DNA from: Bacteroidota bacterium | GTDB lineage: Bacteria > Bacteroidota > Bacteroidia > AKYH767-A > 2013-40CM-41-45 | DNA: 64,000 bases | Reading direction: 5' to 3' | Assembly (NCBI GenBank): GCA_003389385.1 | Contig: QQVM01000021.1 | Coordinates: 7,299 to 71,298 of the forward strand | Shown: positions 40,379 to 51,000 of the stretch, piece after piece | Layout: each line of letters opens with the position of its first letter | Numbering within the stretch: the stretch's first letter is position 1 | Notes under the pieces: generated by a model | The model's input: the letters and a program-made list of their open reading frames with translations, nothing else | What the model was told of the DNA's origin: nothing | The model's database searches: none | Translations under genes and position numbers: made by a program

Positions 40379-40885
40379 TTAAATCGGATCAGGTTTGCCC
40401 ATTTCCTCGTTGCTTTTATTCACTTTATGTTTCAATGCTTCTTTAAAAGTTTCAACGCGCTTTAAAACTGCAGCATCTGCACTTCCAATAATTTGTGCAG
40501 CTAATATTCCTGCATTTTGGGCTGCATTCAAAGCCACTGTGGCAACAGGCACACCATTAGGCATTTGTAATATTGATAAAACCGAATCCCATCCGTCTAT
40601 TGAGTTGGATGACTTGATTGGAACTCCAATGACAGGAAGCGGAGTAAGAGATGCCACCATTCCGGGCAGGTGAGCAGCTCCACCCGCGCCGGCAATGATT
40701 ACTTTCAAACCGCGCCCTGCAGCTGATTTTGCATATTCAAACATTCTGTCCGGTGTGCGATGTGCAGATACAATCGAAAGTTCAAAAGGAATTTGCATCT
40801 CTGTCAGAATTTTAGCAGCTTCATTCATGACCTGCAGATCCGACTGGCTACCCATGATAATTCCAACCAGAATTTTGTTTGTCAT
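40379..40885 (-). CDS. purE: N5-CAIR mutase
   Basis: [34 protein letters not shown]. Confidence 0.97.
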   Translation of the reverse strand: MTNKILVGIIMGSQSDLQVMNEAAKILTEMQIPFELSIVSAHRTPDRMFEYAKSAAGRGLKVIIAGAGGAAHLPGMVASLTPLPVIGVPIKSSNSIDGWDSVLSILQMPNGVPVATVALNAAQNAGILAAQIIGSADAAVLKRVETFKEALKHKVNKSNEEMGKPDPI

Positions 40886-40917
40886 TTATCTTAATTTTTA
40901 TTTTATTTTCACTGTAA

Positions 40918-42069
40918 TCAGGACCTTGTTCTGACTTTGAGAAATCTCCTTACCTGTTCCATTTTTTTCTTGGCTTCTTCAGCAGATGATGCAAGAACAG
41001 TTACGTGGCCCATTTTTCGGTTTGGTCTGCTTTCTTTTTTTCCGTATAGGTGAATGTATACTCCTTCCATTGAAAGAGTCTCGTGTACCCCTTCATAAAC
41101 GGCAGGACCGGCCGTTTGAGGATCACCAAGAATATTCAGCATGAAAGCATGCTGACGCAATGCGCAGGAGCCCAGCGGCAGATCAAGAATTGCCCTGAGG
41201 TGTTGATCATATTGTGATGAATAATTGGCTTCAATGGTATGATGACCGCTGTTATGTGGTCTTGGAGCGATTTCATTTACCAATAGTTCTCCGGAACGAG
41301 TAAGAAACATTTCAACAGCAAGCACACCGGTAATCTTCAGGGCATTTGCCAGATTCACGGCAATGACTGTTGCTTCCTCTTCAATATTTTGTTCTGTTTC
41401 AGCCGGTGAGAATAAATAATCAACCAGGTTAGCATTGGGATCGAAATGCATCTGAACACTTGGAAATGTGCGGGTGTTCCCTCGTGAATCTCTTGCAACA
41501 ATCACCGACAATTCTGATTTGAAATCGATCATTCGCTCAATAACACTGGGTTCATCAAAAGCAGATTGACTATCCGCAGAATTCATGATCCGTTTTACAC
41601 CGCGACCGTCATAACCACCTTTGCGCAGCTTTTGCATGCATGGAAAAAATGAGGTGTTTTCTCTGATTTGATCTGCATTATCTACCAAATGAAATTCCGC
41701 TGTTGGAATTTTGTTGGCCCTGAAAAAAATCTTCTGACTCCCTTTGTCCTGAATCAGTTTTATCACAGCAGGTTCAGGCCTCACTTTTGTGCCTTCTTTT
41801 TCAAGGTCTTCAAGCGCCTGGATATTTACGTGTTCAATTTCAATAGTTAAGACATCCTGCTTTTTACCAAAATTGTATACTGCATCGTAATCCTTGAAGG
41901 ACCCTTGCTCAAAGTGATCGCATAAGTTTCTGCAGGGAGCCAAAGGGTCCGGATCGAGGACGGATGTTTCCAGGTCATAATCTGCAGCCTTTTGAAGCAG
42001 CATTTTGCCCAATTGTCCGCCTCCGAGTATCCCGAGTTTGACTGATTTAAATGCTGTTGTCTGGCTCAT
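40918..42069 (-). CDS. purK: N5-CAIR synthase
   Basis: GGGQLG, GYDGRG, NEIAPRPHNSGH, HLYGK, RKMGH. Confidence 0.96.
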   Translation of the reverse strand: MSQTTAFKSVKLGILGGGQLGKMLLQKAADYDLETSVLDPDPLAPCRNLCDHFEQGSFKDYDAVYNFGKKQDVLTIEIEHVNIQALEDLEKEGTKVRPEPAVIKLIQDKGSQKIFFRANKIPTAEFHLVDNADQIRENTSFFPCMQKLRKGGYDGRGVKRIMNSADSQSAFDEPSVIERMIDFKSELSVIVARDSRGNTRTFPSVQMHFDPNANLVDYLFSPAETEQNIEEEATVIAVNLANALKITGVLAVEMFLTRSGELLVNEIAPRPHNSGHHTIEANYSSQYDQHLRAILDLPLGSCALRQHAFMLNILGDPQTAGPAVYEGVHETLSMEGVYIHLYGKKESRPNRKMGHVTVLASSAEEAKKKMEQVRRFLKVRTRS

Positions 42070-42141
42070 CCTGCGGTCAAATTTAGGATAAAGTTAATCA
42101 GATAAAAAGACAGAAAAATTGGGATGGCTTCACATTAATCT

Positions 42142-42149
42142 TAATTTTG
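42142..42149 (+). promoter_or_regulatory. -7 promoter box of hpt-adk-obgE
   Basis: TAATTTTG 21 nt upstream of ATG 42171. Confidence 0.6.
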
Positions 42150-42170
42150 CCATTCCTTCCCAAATCGTTC

Positions 42171-42707
42171 ATGCAAAAGGTCCAAATCAGAGTCAAGACA
42201 TTCGTAATCAATATCCCTGAACAAGCGATTCAAAACAGGATTGCGGAGATAGCAAAGCAAATCGACAAAGAATACAATGGCCTCGATCCCGTATTTCTTT
42301 GTGTGCTTAATGGCGCATTCTTATTTGCGGCAGATCTTTTTAAAAATATCAGCACTAATTGTGAAATTGCATTCATTCGGGTTTCTTCATATTCGGGAAC
42401 ATCTTCCACAGGACATATAAAAAATCTGGTGGGAGTGACAGAAAATATCAAAGACCGAAATGTGGTAATATTGGAAGATATTGTAGATACCGGAGATACG
42501 GCGATTTATCTGGTGGAGGAATTGAAAAAGCATAATCCTTCTTCTGTTAAATTCGCAAGTTTGCTCTTGAAACCTAAAGCGCTCCGACATGAATTCCGTC
42601 CTGATTACATCGGGTTTGAAGTTCCGAATGATTTTCTTGTCGGGTACGGACTGGACTATGATGGATATGGCAGGAATCTGAAGGACATATATAAATTGTC
42701 AGAATAG
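42171..42707 (+). CDS. hpt: Hypoxanthine phosphoribosyltransferase
   Basis: VLNGA, SSYSGT, LEDIVDTG PRPP loop, VGYGLDY; start moved to 42171. Confidence 0.95.
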   Translation: MQKVQIRVKTFVINIPEQAIQNRIAEIAKQIDKEYNGLDPVFLCVLNGAFLFAADLFKNISTNCEIAFIRVSSYSGTSSTGHIKNLVGVTENIKDRNVVILEDIVDTGDTAIYLVEELKKHNPSSVKFASLLLKPKALRHEFRPDYIGFEVPNDFLVGYGLDYDGYGRNLKDIYKLSE

Positions 42708-42756
42708 ATTGAATTAAATTTTACATGGAGAGAATCAATCCAAAAAACACCTTCAC

Positions 42757-43335
42757 ATGCTGAACATCGTTCTATTTGGGCCTCCGGGAGCAGGCAAAGG
42801 CACACAAAGTGAAAACCTGATTAAAAAGTATAACCTTGTTCATTTATCGACAGGGGATATTCTCCGGTCTGAGGTTGCAGAAAAAACAGCGCTCGGACTA
42901 GAAGCCAAGAAGTTAATGGATCAGGGCTTGCTGGTTCCGGATGAAGTTGTGATTGGCATGATCGAATCGAAAGTGGATTCCAATAAAAATGCTAACGGAT
43001 TTATCTTTGACGGCTTTCCCAGAACAACTGCTCAGGCTGAAGCGCTTGATCAGTTGCTGGCCAGAAAGAACACATCCATCACCAGGATGCTGGCATTGGA
43101 AGTGAACAATGATGAACTCACAAAACGATTACTGCTTCGCGGTAAGGATTCGGGCAGGGCAGATGACCGAAATGAAGAGATAATTCGCAAAAGAATTGAA
43201 GAATACAATTCTAAAACCGCTCCGCTAAAAGCTTATTACAGTTCTCAAAATAAATTTACAGGGATCAACGGCATTGGCAGTATTGAAGAGATCTTTGAAC
43301 GACTTAGCGATGCGATTGAGAAAATCACCGCCTGA
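42757..43335 (+). CDS. adk: Adenylate kinase (short-LID type)
   Basis: GPPGAGKGTQ, HLSTGD, DGFPRT, GRADD. Confidence 0.96.
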   Translation: MLNIVLFGPPGAGKGTQSENLIKKYNLVHLSTGDILRSEVAEKTALGLEAKKLMDQGLLVPDEVVIGMIESKVDSNKNANGFIFDGFPRTTAQAEALDQLLARKNTSITRMLALEVNNDELTKRLLLRGKDSGRADDRNEEIIRKRIEEYNSKTAPLKAYYSSQNKFTGINGIGSIEEIFERLSDAIEKITA

Positions 43336-43403
43336 GTATAAAGAACTGAATATTTAAAGTCATCAGCCAGTTGTCCTGAATTCAACACAATCTTTGACCT
43401 TTT

Positions 43404-44393
43404 ATGTCATCCAACTTTGTCGATTATGTCAAGATCTGTTGCCGTAGCGGTGCTGGCGGCGCAGGTTCTGTTCATTTTCACCGCGACCGCTTTACTGCCA
43501 AAGGCGGTCCTGACGGAGGTGATGGCGGAAGAGGAGGGCATATTATTTTGAAAGGTAACAGGCAGCTATGGACTTTGCTTCATCTGAAGTATCGCAAGCA
43601 TGTTATCGCTGAGCCCGGAAAAAATGGTTCAAGTGCCTTAAAAACTGGTGCTGACGGCAAGGATGAAATTCTTGAAGTTCCTATCGGTACTGTAGCTAAG
43701 GATCCTGAAACCGAAGAAGTGCTTTTTGAAATTACGGAAGATGGACAAGAAATTATTTTAACACCTGGTGGAAGAGGAGGGAAAGGAAATAACTTCTTCA
43801 AAACCTCTACTCTGCAAACTCCGCGCTTTGCACAACCCGGAGAGCCAGGACTGGAAGAGTGGAGAGTGCTTGAATTGAAAATTCTCGCTGATGTCGGGTT
43901 GGTAGGCTTTCCCAATGCAGGTAAATCCACATTGTTGTCCGTAGTCAGTGCAGCTAAACCTGAAATCGCAGACTATCCATTTACCACACTCGTGCCTAAT
44001 TTGGGAATAGTAGCATACAGGGATGGCAAGTCTTTTGTCATGGCTGATATTCCCGGAATCATTGAAGGTGCGCACACAGGAAGAGGTCTCGGACTTCGGT
44101 TTCTGAGACACATCGAAAGAAACTCGATTCTTCTTTTCATGATTCCATGCGACAGTAAAAGCATTAAGGAAGAATACAGGATATTACTTAATGAACTTGA
44201 ACAATACAATCCTGAACTCCTTCACAAATCCAGAATTCTCGCAATCACAAAGTGTGACATGATAGACAAAGAACTGATTGAGGAAATGAAAGCTGAACTT
44301 CCTGAAGACATTAAATCAATTTTTATCTCAGCTGTTTCCATGTTCGGAATAACTTATTTAAAAGATTTGATCTGGACGGAATTAAACAAGTAG
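43404..44393 (+). CDS. obgE: GTPase ObgE/CgtA
   Basis: [33 protein letters not shown]. Confidence 0.97.
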   Translation: MSSNFVDYVKICCRSGAGGAGSVHFHRDRFTAKGGPDGGDGGRGGHIILKGNRQLWTLLHLKYRKHVIAEPGKNGSSALKTGADGKDEILEVPIGTVAKDPETEEVLFEITEDGQEIILTPGGRGGKGNNFFKTSTLQTPRFAQPGEPGLEEWRVLELKILADVGLVGFPNAGKSTLLSVVSAAKPEIADYPFTTLVPNLGIVAYRDGKSFVMADIPGIIEGAHTGRGLGLRFLRHIERNSILLFMIPCDSKSIKEEYRILLNELEQYNPELLHKSRILAITKCDMIDKELIEEMKAELPEDIKSIFISAVSMFGITYLKDLIWTELNK

Positions 44394-44397
44394 AACC

Positions 44398-45003
44398 ATG
44401 CTGAGTCAGCTTGAAGAACTTGATGTGACTTTGTTCCTTTTTTTCAATGGAATGCATAATGAGTTTTTTGATTTTTTATTCTACTGGATTAGCAACAAAT
44501 GGATTTGGATTCCGCTTTATGCCGTGCTGGCATATTATCTGTATAAAAAGGAAAAGAAACATTTCTTTTACCTGTTGATGCTTGTTGCAGTCATGATCAC
44601 ACTTAGCGATCAGATAAGTTCTTCATTGATTAAAAATTCTGTAATGCGTCTGCGGCCTACTCATGATCCCATGCTTACAGGAGAAGTTCATTTCGTGAAT
44701 AATTACAAAGGCGGTAAATATGGTTTTGTATCTTCACATGCCGCAAATGCTTTTGCCATTGCAGTATTTATTTACAGACTTCTGAAGCGGCGCAAGACAG
44801 GATGGAAAAGTTTTATGCTAATTTGGGCTCTGATTGTTTCATATAGCAGAATATATCTGGGTGTGCATTATCCGGCAGACATTATCGGTGGAGCAATGGT
44901 CGGCGCAATTTTAGGATATGCTACAGCCAAAACATACAGGCATTTGCAAATTCATGTGATTCCTTCCAGAAAAAATACAAACAGATCTAATGAAAAAGTA
45001 TAA
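44398..45003 (+). CDS. PAP2 family membrane phosphatase
   Basis: K.....RLRP, SSHA, SRIYLGVHYP.D motifs; multiple TMs. Confidence 0.9.
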   Translation: MLSQLEELDVTLFLFFNGMHNEFFDFLFYWISNKWIWIPLYAVLAYYLYKKEKKHFFYLLMLVAVMITLSDQISSSLIKNSVMRLRPTHDPMLTGEVHFVNNYKGGKYGFVSSHAANAFAIAVFIYRLLKRRKTGWKSFMLIWALIVSYSRIYLGVHYPADIIGGAMVGAILGYATAKTYRHLQIHVIPSRKNTNRSNEKV

Positions 45004-46666
45004 AATGATTTTTGTGTTCAGATATTCAATAATTATTGCCGCGTTTCTTATTCAATCTGTCGCCAGTGCTCAGAAGCTGGACCGCATGAAACAAATGAAT
45101 GAAGATAAACCTACACTCATAGTTGCAATTATTGTGGATCAGATGAAACAGGAGTTTCTTTTCAGATTTTCCGATCGTTATGGACAGGATGGATTTCGCC
45201 GGCTTGTGAATGAAGGATTCGTCTTTCGCAATGCGCATTTCAATTACACTCCAACTTATACAGGTCCGGGTCATGCTTCGATATTCACCGGAACTTATCC
45301 ATCAGTTCATGGAATAATTGGCAATGAATGGTACGACCGTAACACAGGCAATTCAGTCTATTGTGTAGGTGATGATCAAACAAAACCGGTAGGAACTACA
45401 TCCATATCCGGAAAAATGTCTCCAAGGAATATGCTTGCAAGCACATTCACAGATCAGATGCGACTTGGTTCAAACTTTCGTTCCAAAGTGATTGGAATAT
45501 CTCTCAAAGACCGTGGTGCAGTATTGCCCGCCGGTCACACTGCGAATGCAGCTTACTGGCATGATCCTCATCTTAACAATTGGGTAAGCAGCACTTATTA
45601 CATGAAAGAATTGCCTCAGTGGGTGAAGGATTTTAATGCAAGAAAAATTTCTGATTCTCTTATCTCCCAACCTTGGAATACTCTGTATCCCATAGAAACA
45701 TATAATATGAGTTCACCGGATGACAGTCCGTACGAAGGATTGTTTAAAGGTCAAACAAGACCTGTCTTCCCTCATGATTTACCTGAATACAAGGCCCTGG
45801 AATCTGAGCTTATCAGAAAGACTCCTTTTGGAGATACTTATACCCGCATGTTCGCTCAGGCAGCTGTTTCAGGAGAAGGACTTGGGAAAAGGAAGGATAC
45901 AGACTGTTTGATTGTAAGTTTTTCTACTCCTGATTACGTTGGACATATGTACGGTACTACTGCTGTGGAACTGGAAGATGTTTACTTGCGTTTTGACAGA
46001 GAGTTGGGAGCATTCCTTAACTTTCTGGATAAGGAAGTGGGAAAAGGAAAATACACACTTTTTCTTACCTCTGATCATGGAGCCGCTCATAATGTCAGCT
46101 TTCTCCAGGATAATAAGATTCCCACTGGAAATATCAGAGGGTCATATATCTCCGATTCACTTCGTGCCTTTATTAAAAGATATTACAACGACGAAGAATT
46201 ATTGTTAACAGCTTCAGGAAAGAATATATTTCTAAACAGAAAAAAAATTGAAAGCAAAAAGATTCCTCTAAATGATATTCAAAATTCCTGCAGAAATTTT
46301 CTATTGACTCTCGATGGAGTCAATTCAGTTTATATTTCAACTGAACTATACGGGCCAACTTATTCTACGGGATTTTCAAATCTGTACAAGAATGGTCATC
46401 ATGCGAAAAGAGGAGCAGACATTGTAATTCAGTACGATCCTGCTTATCTCTCATGGCACAGCAAGACAGGCACTTCACATGGTTCGCCCTATGCCTATGA
46501 TACACACGTGCCTCTGATATTTTACGGAAAAAATATTCCTTCAGGGACAAGTGTTGAGTTTGCAGATATAATTAATATTGCTTCAACAATTTCCACTATG
46601 CTCAACATTGAGTTTCCGAACGGAAACCTGGGCAAGCCACTAGACGTTTTGTTCAGACAAGACTGA
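44990..46666 (+). CDS. pafA: Alkaline phosphatase PafA-like
   Basis: VDQM, TYTGPGH (Thr nucleophile), SLKDRG, DYVGH, TSDHG, HGSPY.YD. Confidence 0.88.
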   Translation: MKKYKMIFVFRYSIIIAAFLIQSVASAQKLDRMKQMNEDKPTLIVAIIVDQMKQEFLFRFSDRYGQDGFRRLVNEGFVFRNAHFNYTPTYTGPGHASIFTGTYPSVHGIIGNEWYDRNTGNSVYCVGDDQTKPVGTTSISGKMSPRNMLASTFTDQMRLGSNFRSKVIGISLKDRGAVLPAGHTANAAYWHDPHLNNWVSSTYYMKELPQWVKDFNARKISDSLISQPWNTLYPIETYNMSSPDDSPYEGLFKGQTRPVFPHDLPEYKALESELIRKTPFGDTYTRMFAQAAVSGEGLGKRKDTDCLIVSFSTPDYVGHMYGTTAVELEDVYLRFDRELGAFLNFLDKEVGKGKYTLFLTSDHGAAHNVSFLQDNKIPTGNIRGSYISDSLRAFIKRYYNDEELLLTASGKNIFLNRKKIESKKIPLNDIQNSCRNFLLTLDGVNSVYISTELYGPTYSTGFSNLYKNGHHAKRGADIVIQYDPAYLSWHSKTGTSHGSPYAYDTHVPLIFYGKNIPSGTSVEFADIINIASTISTMLNIEFPNGNLGKPLDVLFRQD

Positions 46667-46668
46667 TC

Positions 46669-47871
46669 ATGCAGAGAAGGCGCTTACTGAGCAGAAGTGT
46701 AATAATCCTGGCATTTATAAGCCTTTTCACTGATATAGCCAGCGAGATGCTTTACCCGGTGATGCCGCTTTTTCTTCAGAGTGCAGGATTTACAGTGATG
46801 TGGATTGGAGTGCTCGAAGGAGTTGCAGAACTCATAATCGGAATTACGATCGGATATTTTGGTAAATGGTCCGACAGACTCGGACGCAGAATGCCCTTTG
46901 TGAAAAGCGGATATGCGATGAGCGCGATAGCCAAACCCATTATGGGATTGTTCACATCCTTGCCCCTGATTTTTATGGCCCGCATTACAGAAAGACTTGG
47001 TAAAGGGGTTCGTTCTTCGGCGAGAGATGCTCTGCTTGCAGATGAATCTTCAGAACAAACACGAGGAAGAGTTTTTGGTTTTCATAGAAGCATGGACACT
47101 CTTGGCGCAGCAATCGGACCTGTCATTGCCCTGATTTATCTTTCTTTCAATCCGGGTGATTACAGAACCATGTTCCTGATTGCATTCATTCCGGGCGTAG
47201 CAGGAGTATTGCTTACATTTTTGATCAGGGAAAGCGCCCGTGATGGTTCTGTCAAAAGTAGACACAAAGGATTTTTCTCTTATCTGAAATATTGGAAGAG
47301 TAGCTCAGAAGGTTATAAATGGATTGTTGCAGGCTTACTATTGTTCGCTTTTTTTAATGGTTCAGATGCATTCTTGTTTCTTATGTGCAAGGAAGCAGGT
47401 GTTAGCGACAGAAACATGATTCTTGCATATGTGCTTTACAATTTTGTATTCGCAGCCTTATCCATGCCGGCAGGCAAAATGGCAGACAGAATTGGAATGA
47501 GAAGGGTAATCATGACCGGACTGCTTTGCTTTGCAGTCGTTTATTCAGGTTTTTCAGGATTGAACAATACCATCCTTGTGTTTGTCCTTTTCAGTCTTTA
47601 CGGAATTTATGGCGCATGCACAGACGGAATCACAAGAGCCTGGATCAGTAAAAATTGTTCAGCAAGCGAAAAAGGAACTGCATTCGGATTCTACAAAAGT
47701 TGGGCAAGTGTAATGAGTCTCTCGGCTAGTTTTCTAACGGGATGGATATGGATGAATTTTTCACCGAAGGCTGCCCTTTTGTTCAGTGCCTTGGGAGCTT
47801 TTACAGCCTTTCTCTATTTTTTATTGATTTTACCTAAAAAAACGACAGATTTCCTGCTCTCCGACTCCTGA
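46669..47871 (+). CDS. MFS transporter
   Basis: About 12 TMs, WSDRLGRR and ADRIGMR loop motifs, RGRVFGFHRSMDT. Confidence 0.9.
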   Translation: MQRRRLLSRSVIILAFISLFTDIASEMLYPVMPLFLQSAGFTVMWIGVLEGVAELIIGITIGYFGKWSDRLGRRMPFVKSGYAMSAIAKPIMGLFTSLPLIFMARITERLGKGVRSSARDALLADESSEQTRGRVFGFHRSMDTLGAAIGPVIALIYLSFNPGDYRTMFLIAFIPGVAGVLLTFLIRESARDGSVKSRHKGFFSYLKYWKSSSEGYKWIVAGLLLFAFFNGSDAFLFLMCKEAGVSDRNMILAYVLYNFVFAALSMPAGKMADRIGMRRVIMTGLLCFAVVYSGFSGLNNTILVFVLFSLYGIYGACTDGITRAWISKNCSASEKGTAFGFYKSWASVMSLSASFLTGWIWMNFSPKAALLFSALGAFTAFLYFLLILPKKTTDFLLSDS

Positions 47872-47947
47872 AAAGAGTTAGCCAAATTGTTAAAAAATAA
47901 GCAGATTTGTTGGCGTAAAATGTTTAGGTAATTTATATTGAAATCCT

Positions 47948-47955
47948 TATTTTTG
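47948..47955 (+). promoter_or_regulatory. -7 promoter box of the large T9SS protein gene
   Basis: TATTTTTG about 75 nt upstream of ATG 48029. Confidence 0.5.
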
Positions 47956-48028
47956 GATGAATTGAAAGATTATGAAAGGTGCATGGCGGGAAAAATGCAT
48001 CAGGGTGTTAATCTAAACTATTCTACGC

Positions 48029-51000
48029 ATGATTAAAGTTACTTACAACTTCGTCAGGTTTTTGATAATCCTGATCATGGCAATTGTTGTGCATAACAAT
48101 GAAGTTCGCGCAAGTCATGCGATGGGTGCGGATCTTACCTATGCATGTGTAGGAGGAAATCCAAATCAATACTTACTTACCTATTCCTTTTATCGAGATT
48201 GCGACGGTATATCTGCTCCATCATCAGTTACGATTTCCTATACTTCTTCCTGTTTTGGCGGAGGCAGTGTCACCCTTAATCCTACGCCATCTTCACCAAC
48301 TCACATCACACCGGTATGTCCGACTGCCCTCACCACTTGCAATGGAGGTACATTCACAGGAATTGAGGAATGGATTTATACCGGAACTGTGACTCTGCCA
48401 GGTCCGTGTGCCGACTGGAGATTTAGTTTTTCGCACTGTTGCAGAAATGGAGCCATTACAACAATAAATGCTCCAACTGCAGATAACATTTATGTATACT
48501 CATTGCTCAATAATACAATGGGTTGTAATAACTCGCCAACTTTTGGAAACAGACCGGTTCCTTTTGCGTGTGTAGGACAAAGGTTCTGTTTCAATCACGG
48601 TGCAAACGATCAGGATGGTGATTCCATCACTTATCAGTTGATCACACCTTTTTCTGGAGCAACAACAACCGTTACCTATACAGCTCCTTATTCAAGCACG
48701 CAGCCTGTGAGATCAAATCCTCCGGTTTCATTCAACCCGATTACAGGGGATATTTGCATGGTTCCTACACAAACAGACGTTACAGTATTTGCAGTATTGG
48801 TATCAGAATATCGGAATGGGGTATTAATTGGACAGGTTGAGAGAGATATTCAGCTAACTATAAACAATTGTAATAACTTTCTTCCATTGCTTACGGGGAT
48901 AAATGGTTTGCCTTCATTCACAATGAGTGCTTGCGCCAATACACCAATTAATTTCTGGTTTAGGTCTATAGACGCTGATGTGCCCAACACTACCAGAATC
49001 ACCTGGGATTTTGCCATTCCGGGAGGAACACTCACTACGACAGGAGGGAATCGCGACACTGCCTATTTCAGTTGGACACCTACTACAGCACAGATCAGTA
49101 ATTCTCCATATTGCTTTACCGCTACTGTCGAGGATGATAACTGCCCGTATCTCGGAGTGAATGTCTATTCCTATTGCATAACAGTCTGTGGATTGGATGC
49201 CAATGCCGGAATCGATCAGGTTGTGAATTGCGGTGCTACCGCAAACTTGAGTGGTTCAGCTACTGGGAACTGCAGTTCCAATTATACTTACACATGGAAT
49301 CCGGGAGGTGTATCCGGACAAAATTTAAATGGAGTAGGAGTTGGAACTTATCAGCTGATAGTCAGCAACAATGTTTGCAGCGACACAGACTATGTGGATG
49401 TTCTTCCCGGTCCCGGTGTACCCGTTGCAAACTTCAACTTCACTACTAATTGTAGCAGTACACAGGTGCCTTTTTCGGATCAGTCTGTTGCCACCGGCGT
49501 AAATATTACACAATGGAGCTGGAATTTTGGAGATAACAATACCTCCAACCAGCAGAACCCAACACATACTTACGCAGCAAATGGAACTTATAATGTGACA
49601 CTTATTGTCACAACCGCAACAGGTTGTCAGGATACAATTATGCAGCAGGTCACAGTCAGTACCAATGTGCCGAATGCAGTTTTCAGTTCACCTGCTGTCT
49701 GTAACGGTACAGCCATGAATTTCTCTGACCTTTCTACAGGCGGACAGATTGTGGCTTGGAGCTGGAACTTTGGCGATCCTGGTAGTGGAGCCAACAACAC
49801 CTCTAATGCTCAGAATCCATCACACACTTTTACCGGAGCAGGAACTTTCCCGGTGAGTCTGCAGGTTACAAATGCGGCAGGTTGTTCAACTACTGTCCAA
49901 CAGAACGTAACTGTAAATGCAAATCCAACTGTCTTTGTGGCTGATGCGCAAATTTGCATCGGCAGTTCAACAAATCTGACTGCCCCGGCAGGATTTTCTA
50001 ACTATAACTGGAATCCTGGTGGAGCTTTGCAGACAATTACGGTTAGCCCTGTCGTAAACTCGTCATATACAATCACTGTTACTGATGCTAATAATTGTCA
50101 AGGAAGTCATACCGTAAATGTGACTGTTAACCCTTTGCCACTTGCTGATGCAGGGCAGGATCAGACGATTTGTGCAGGCACCAATGCAACTTTAACAGCA
50201 AGTGCAGGTGGTGCTACTTACGTGTGGAATCCCGGGAATCTTAACGGACAAAGTGTGTCTGTTAGTCCTGCTAGCACACAGATATATACGCTTACTGTTA
50301 CTAGTGCTGCCGGATGTGTAAACACAGATCAAATTACCATCAATGTAAACCCTATGCCATTAGTTGAGGCCGGGGATGATCTTGCGATATGCAAAGGTGA
50401 GTCTGCAACGTTGACCGCAATTGGAGCTGGTAATATTATTTGGACTCCAGGACCAATTAATGGTGCGTCGATTACTGTTAGTCCATTAGTCACAACCACT
50501 TATACTGTGACCATAAGCGATGGAATAGGCTGCACCGGAACTGATGCGGTTACTTTAATTGTGAATGAAATACCTGTGGCTGACTTCTCAAACTCAGCCC
50601 CGGTTTGTCAGGGTAATATTGTTACGTTTAACGATATATCAACCATTCCTGTTGGTACCATTACGAACTGGCTTTGGGACTTTGGAAATGGCCAATCTTC
50701 CAACCAACGAAATCCACAAAATACATATGTTGCATCTGGGAATTTCAATGTACAGCTCATTGTAACTTCTAACGGAGGTTGTAAGGACACCACAGTTCAG
50801 TTGATTGTGATCAATCCTATTCCTGCTGTGGATGCCGGAGCTGATGCAAATATTTGTCCGGGCTTTAATGCCACTCTTACAGCAGCTCCTGCAAATCAAT
50901 ACTTGTGGACTCCAGGCAACTTTATTACGCAATCAATCACAATTAGCCCGGCTGCTACGACCGATTATACACTTACTGTTACTGATGTGAACGGATGTCA